The position numbers and the translations under genes are program-made. Positions 43,094 through 44,512 of a DNA stretch of 44,512 bases are shown piece by piece. Below the pieces are notes generated by a model that did no database searches, had not been told where the DNA came from, and saw only the letters and a program-made list of their open reading frames with translations. The stretch spans positions 1 through 44,512 of the forward strand of contig JAPDFW010000051.1 in NCBI GenBank assembly GCA_028826165.1. The letters are read 5' to 3'. The stretch comes from Anaeramoeba ignava BMAN (taxonomy: Eukaryota > Protista > Anaeramoebae). The stretch's first letter is position 1, and each line of letters starts with the position of its first letter.

Positions 43094-44512
43094 ATGTTCA
43101 ATCAAAATAATTTATCCTTTTTTTTTGGAAGAAATCAAGCACCAATCCTTTTTAAAAATGAATCAAAGAAAATAAAAAAACCAAAACAATTTAAATTTGA
43201 AAATGGAGAATTAAAACTTTTAAATAACGAAATAAATCTAATTCCAATTAAAGTCGAATATATAGAACCAGAAAAAATATTTTACAAATGTGAACCACTT
43301 GAAAATCAAAATCAAATTGAAAATCAAAATGAAATTGAAAATCAAAATGAAAATCAAAATCAAATTGAAAATCAAAATCAAATTGAAAATCAAAATCAAA
43401 ATCAAAATGAAAATAAAAATGAAACTGAAAATCAAAATCAAATTGAAAATCAAAATCAAAATGAAAATCAAAATGAAAATGAAAATGAAAATCAAAATCA
43501 AAATCAAATTGAAAATCAAAATCAAAATCAAAATGAAAATAAAAATGAAACTGAAAATCAAAATCAAATTGAAAATGAAAATAATCAAAATCAAAATGAA
43601 AATCAAAATCAAAATCAAATTGAAAATAAAAATGAAACTGAAAATCAAAATCAAATTGAAAATCAAAATCAAAATCAAAATAAAAATCAAATTGAAAATC
43701 AAAATGAAAATCAAAATCAAATTGAAAATGAAAATGAAAATGAAAATGAAAATGAAAATGAAAAACAAATTAAACAAATTTCATCATGTTATTTTTCAAC
43801 AATTTTCCTTTTTAAAAATGGAAAAGCAATAGAATATTTAAGTAATGAATATTCAAATCAAAATCCTCAAAAAATCCAAATTGAAAATATTCAAAAAGTA
43901 TCTGTTGGTTTTCGAAATGAAACTATTTTAACAATAGAAGGAAATGTATTTGCCAAAGGAAAAGATATTAATTCAAAAAATCCAAATGAATTTATCAATA
44001 TTTCATCATTAATTGAAGATACAAATGATAGAATAATTCAAGATATTGTTTCTGGATCTTTTTCAATTTACTTATTAACTTCAAATCAAAATGCTTATGG
44101 AATTGGTTTAAATAATTTTGGCCAACTTGGTTTTGATTCTGAAACACTTAAAGAAACAAAAAACCAATTTTAATAATGAAAAATGTTTCTAAAATATCTT
44201 CAGGAAATTCTTCACATCATGTTTTTCTTTTAAATTCAAATCAAGAATTATTTGGATGCGGATATAATCAATTTGGTCAACTTGGATTAGGAGAATCAAG
44301 AAAAGAAGAAGAAAAAATCCAAAAATTAACCAAAATCCAAAATATTCCAAAAGGTAAAATAATTGATATTCAATGTGGATTTCCCATTCAATAATGCTGA
44401 TTGAAAATGAAAATCCAAAAAGAAAACTTTATTCATGTGGAAATTATCATTATAATGGACTTGGCAAAGAAGGAGATACCTCCTATGAATTTGCACTGAA
44501 AATCAAATCTTT
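43094..44512 (+). CDS. RCC1-repeat protein of the same family as the 9.5-17.6 kb array, with a greatly expanded N/Q/E insertion. Frameshifts at ~44160 and ~44385; truncated by the window end
   Basis: FFGRNQAPILFKNE..KPKQFKFEN...EKQIKQISSCYFSTIFLFKNGKAIEY...AYGIGLNNFGQLG...ELFGCGYNQFGQLG is collinear with copies 1-4. Confidence 0.88.

Noticed and set aside
11120-44390. Programmed frameshifting or RNA editing to explain frame breaks in many genes
   Set aside because: The breaks I examined are mostly +1 or -1 changes in A/T homopolymers in unrelated genes, without a shared signal. This is typical of long-read consensus error.

Overview
Very AT-rich, gene-dense nuclear DNA of a microbial eukaryote. 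It uses the standard code (TAA, TAG and TGA all act as stops) and spliceosomal GT-AG introns, plus one GC-AG intron. EF-1alpha lacks the opisthokont insertion. Tandem TCATTTT initiator-like motifs, expanded RCC1-BTB genes and N/Q/E microsatellites suggest an anaerobic metamonad such as Anaeramoeba (inference, not a database result). Many genes carry single-base indels in homopolymers, most likely long-read assembly errors. Gene order: N/Q-rich gene running off the left edge, short NOT3/5-like gene, EF-1alpha, BTB-BACK + glycine-rich protein, eIF6, four tandem RCC1-BTB-BTB genes, NAA35/Mak10, bacterial-type M3/M2 metallopeptidase, 2.4-kb 11-bp satellite, NAPRT, lipidated LRR-PP2C, dihydropyrimidinase, NifU-domain protein, HPS1, RNase H1, SMU1, and a fifth RCC1 gene running off the right edge. 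The most notable observations are: (1) a sawtooth synonymous-codon skew, with A-ending codons just after and T-ending codons just before every long AT-rich repeat tract, including one inside an exon; (2) an RCC1-BTB array with variation concentrated at propeller loops, mosaic paralogues and a variable CaaX tail; (3) a dihydropyrimidinase gene with 22 introns and 11-23 nt micro-exons among intron-poor neighbours; (4) perfect ATGACGTCAT palindromes upstream of both translation-factor genes. Exon structures and codon counts were worked out by hand and need RNA-seq confirmation.
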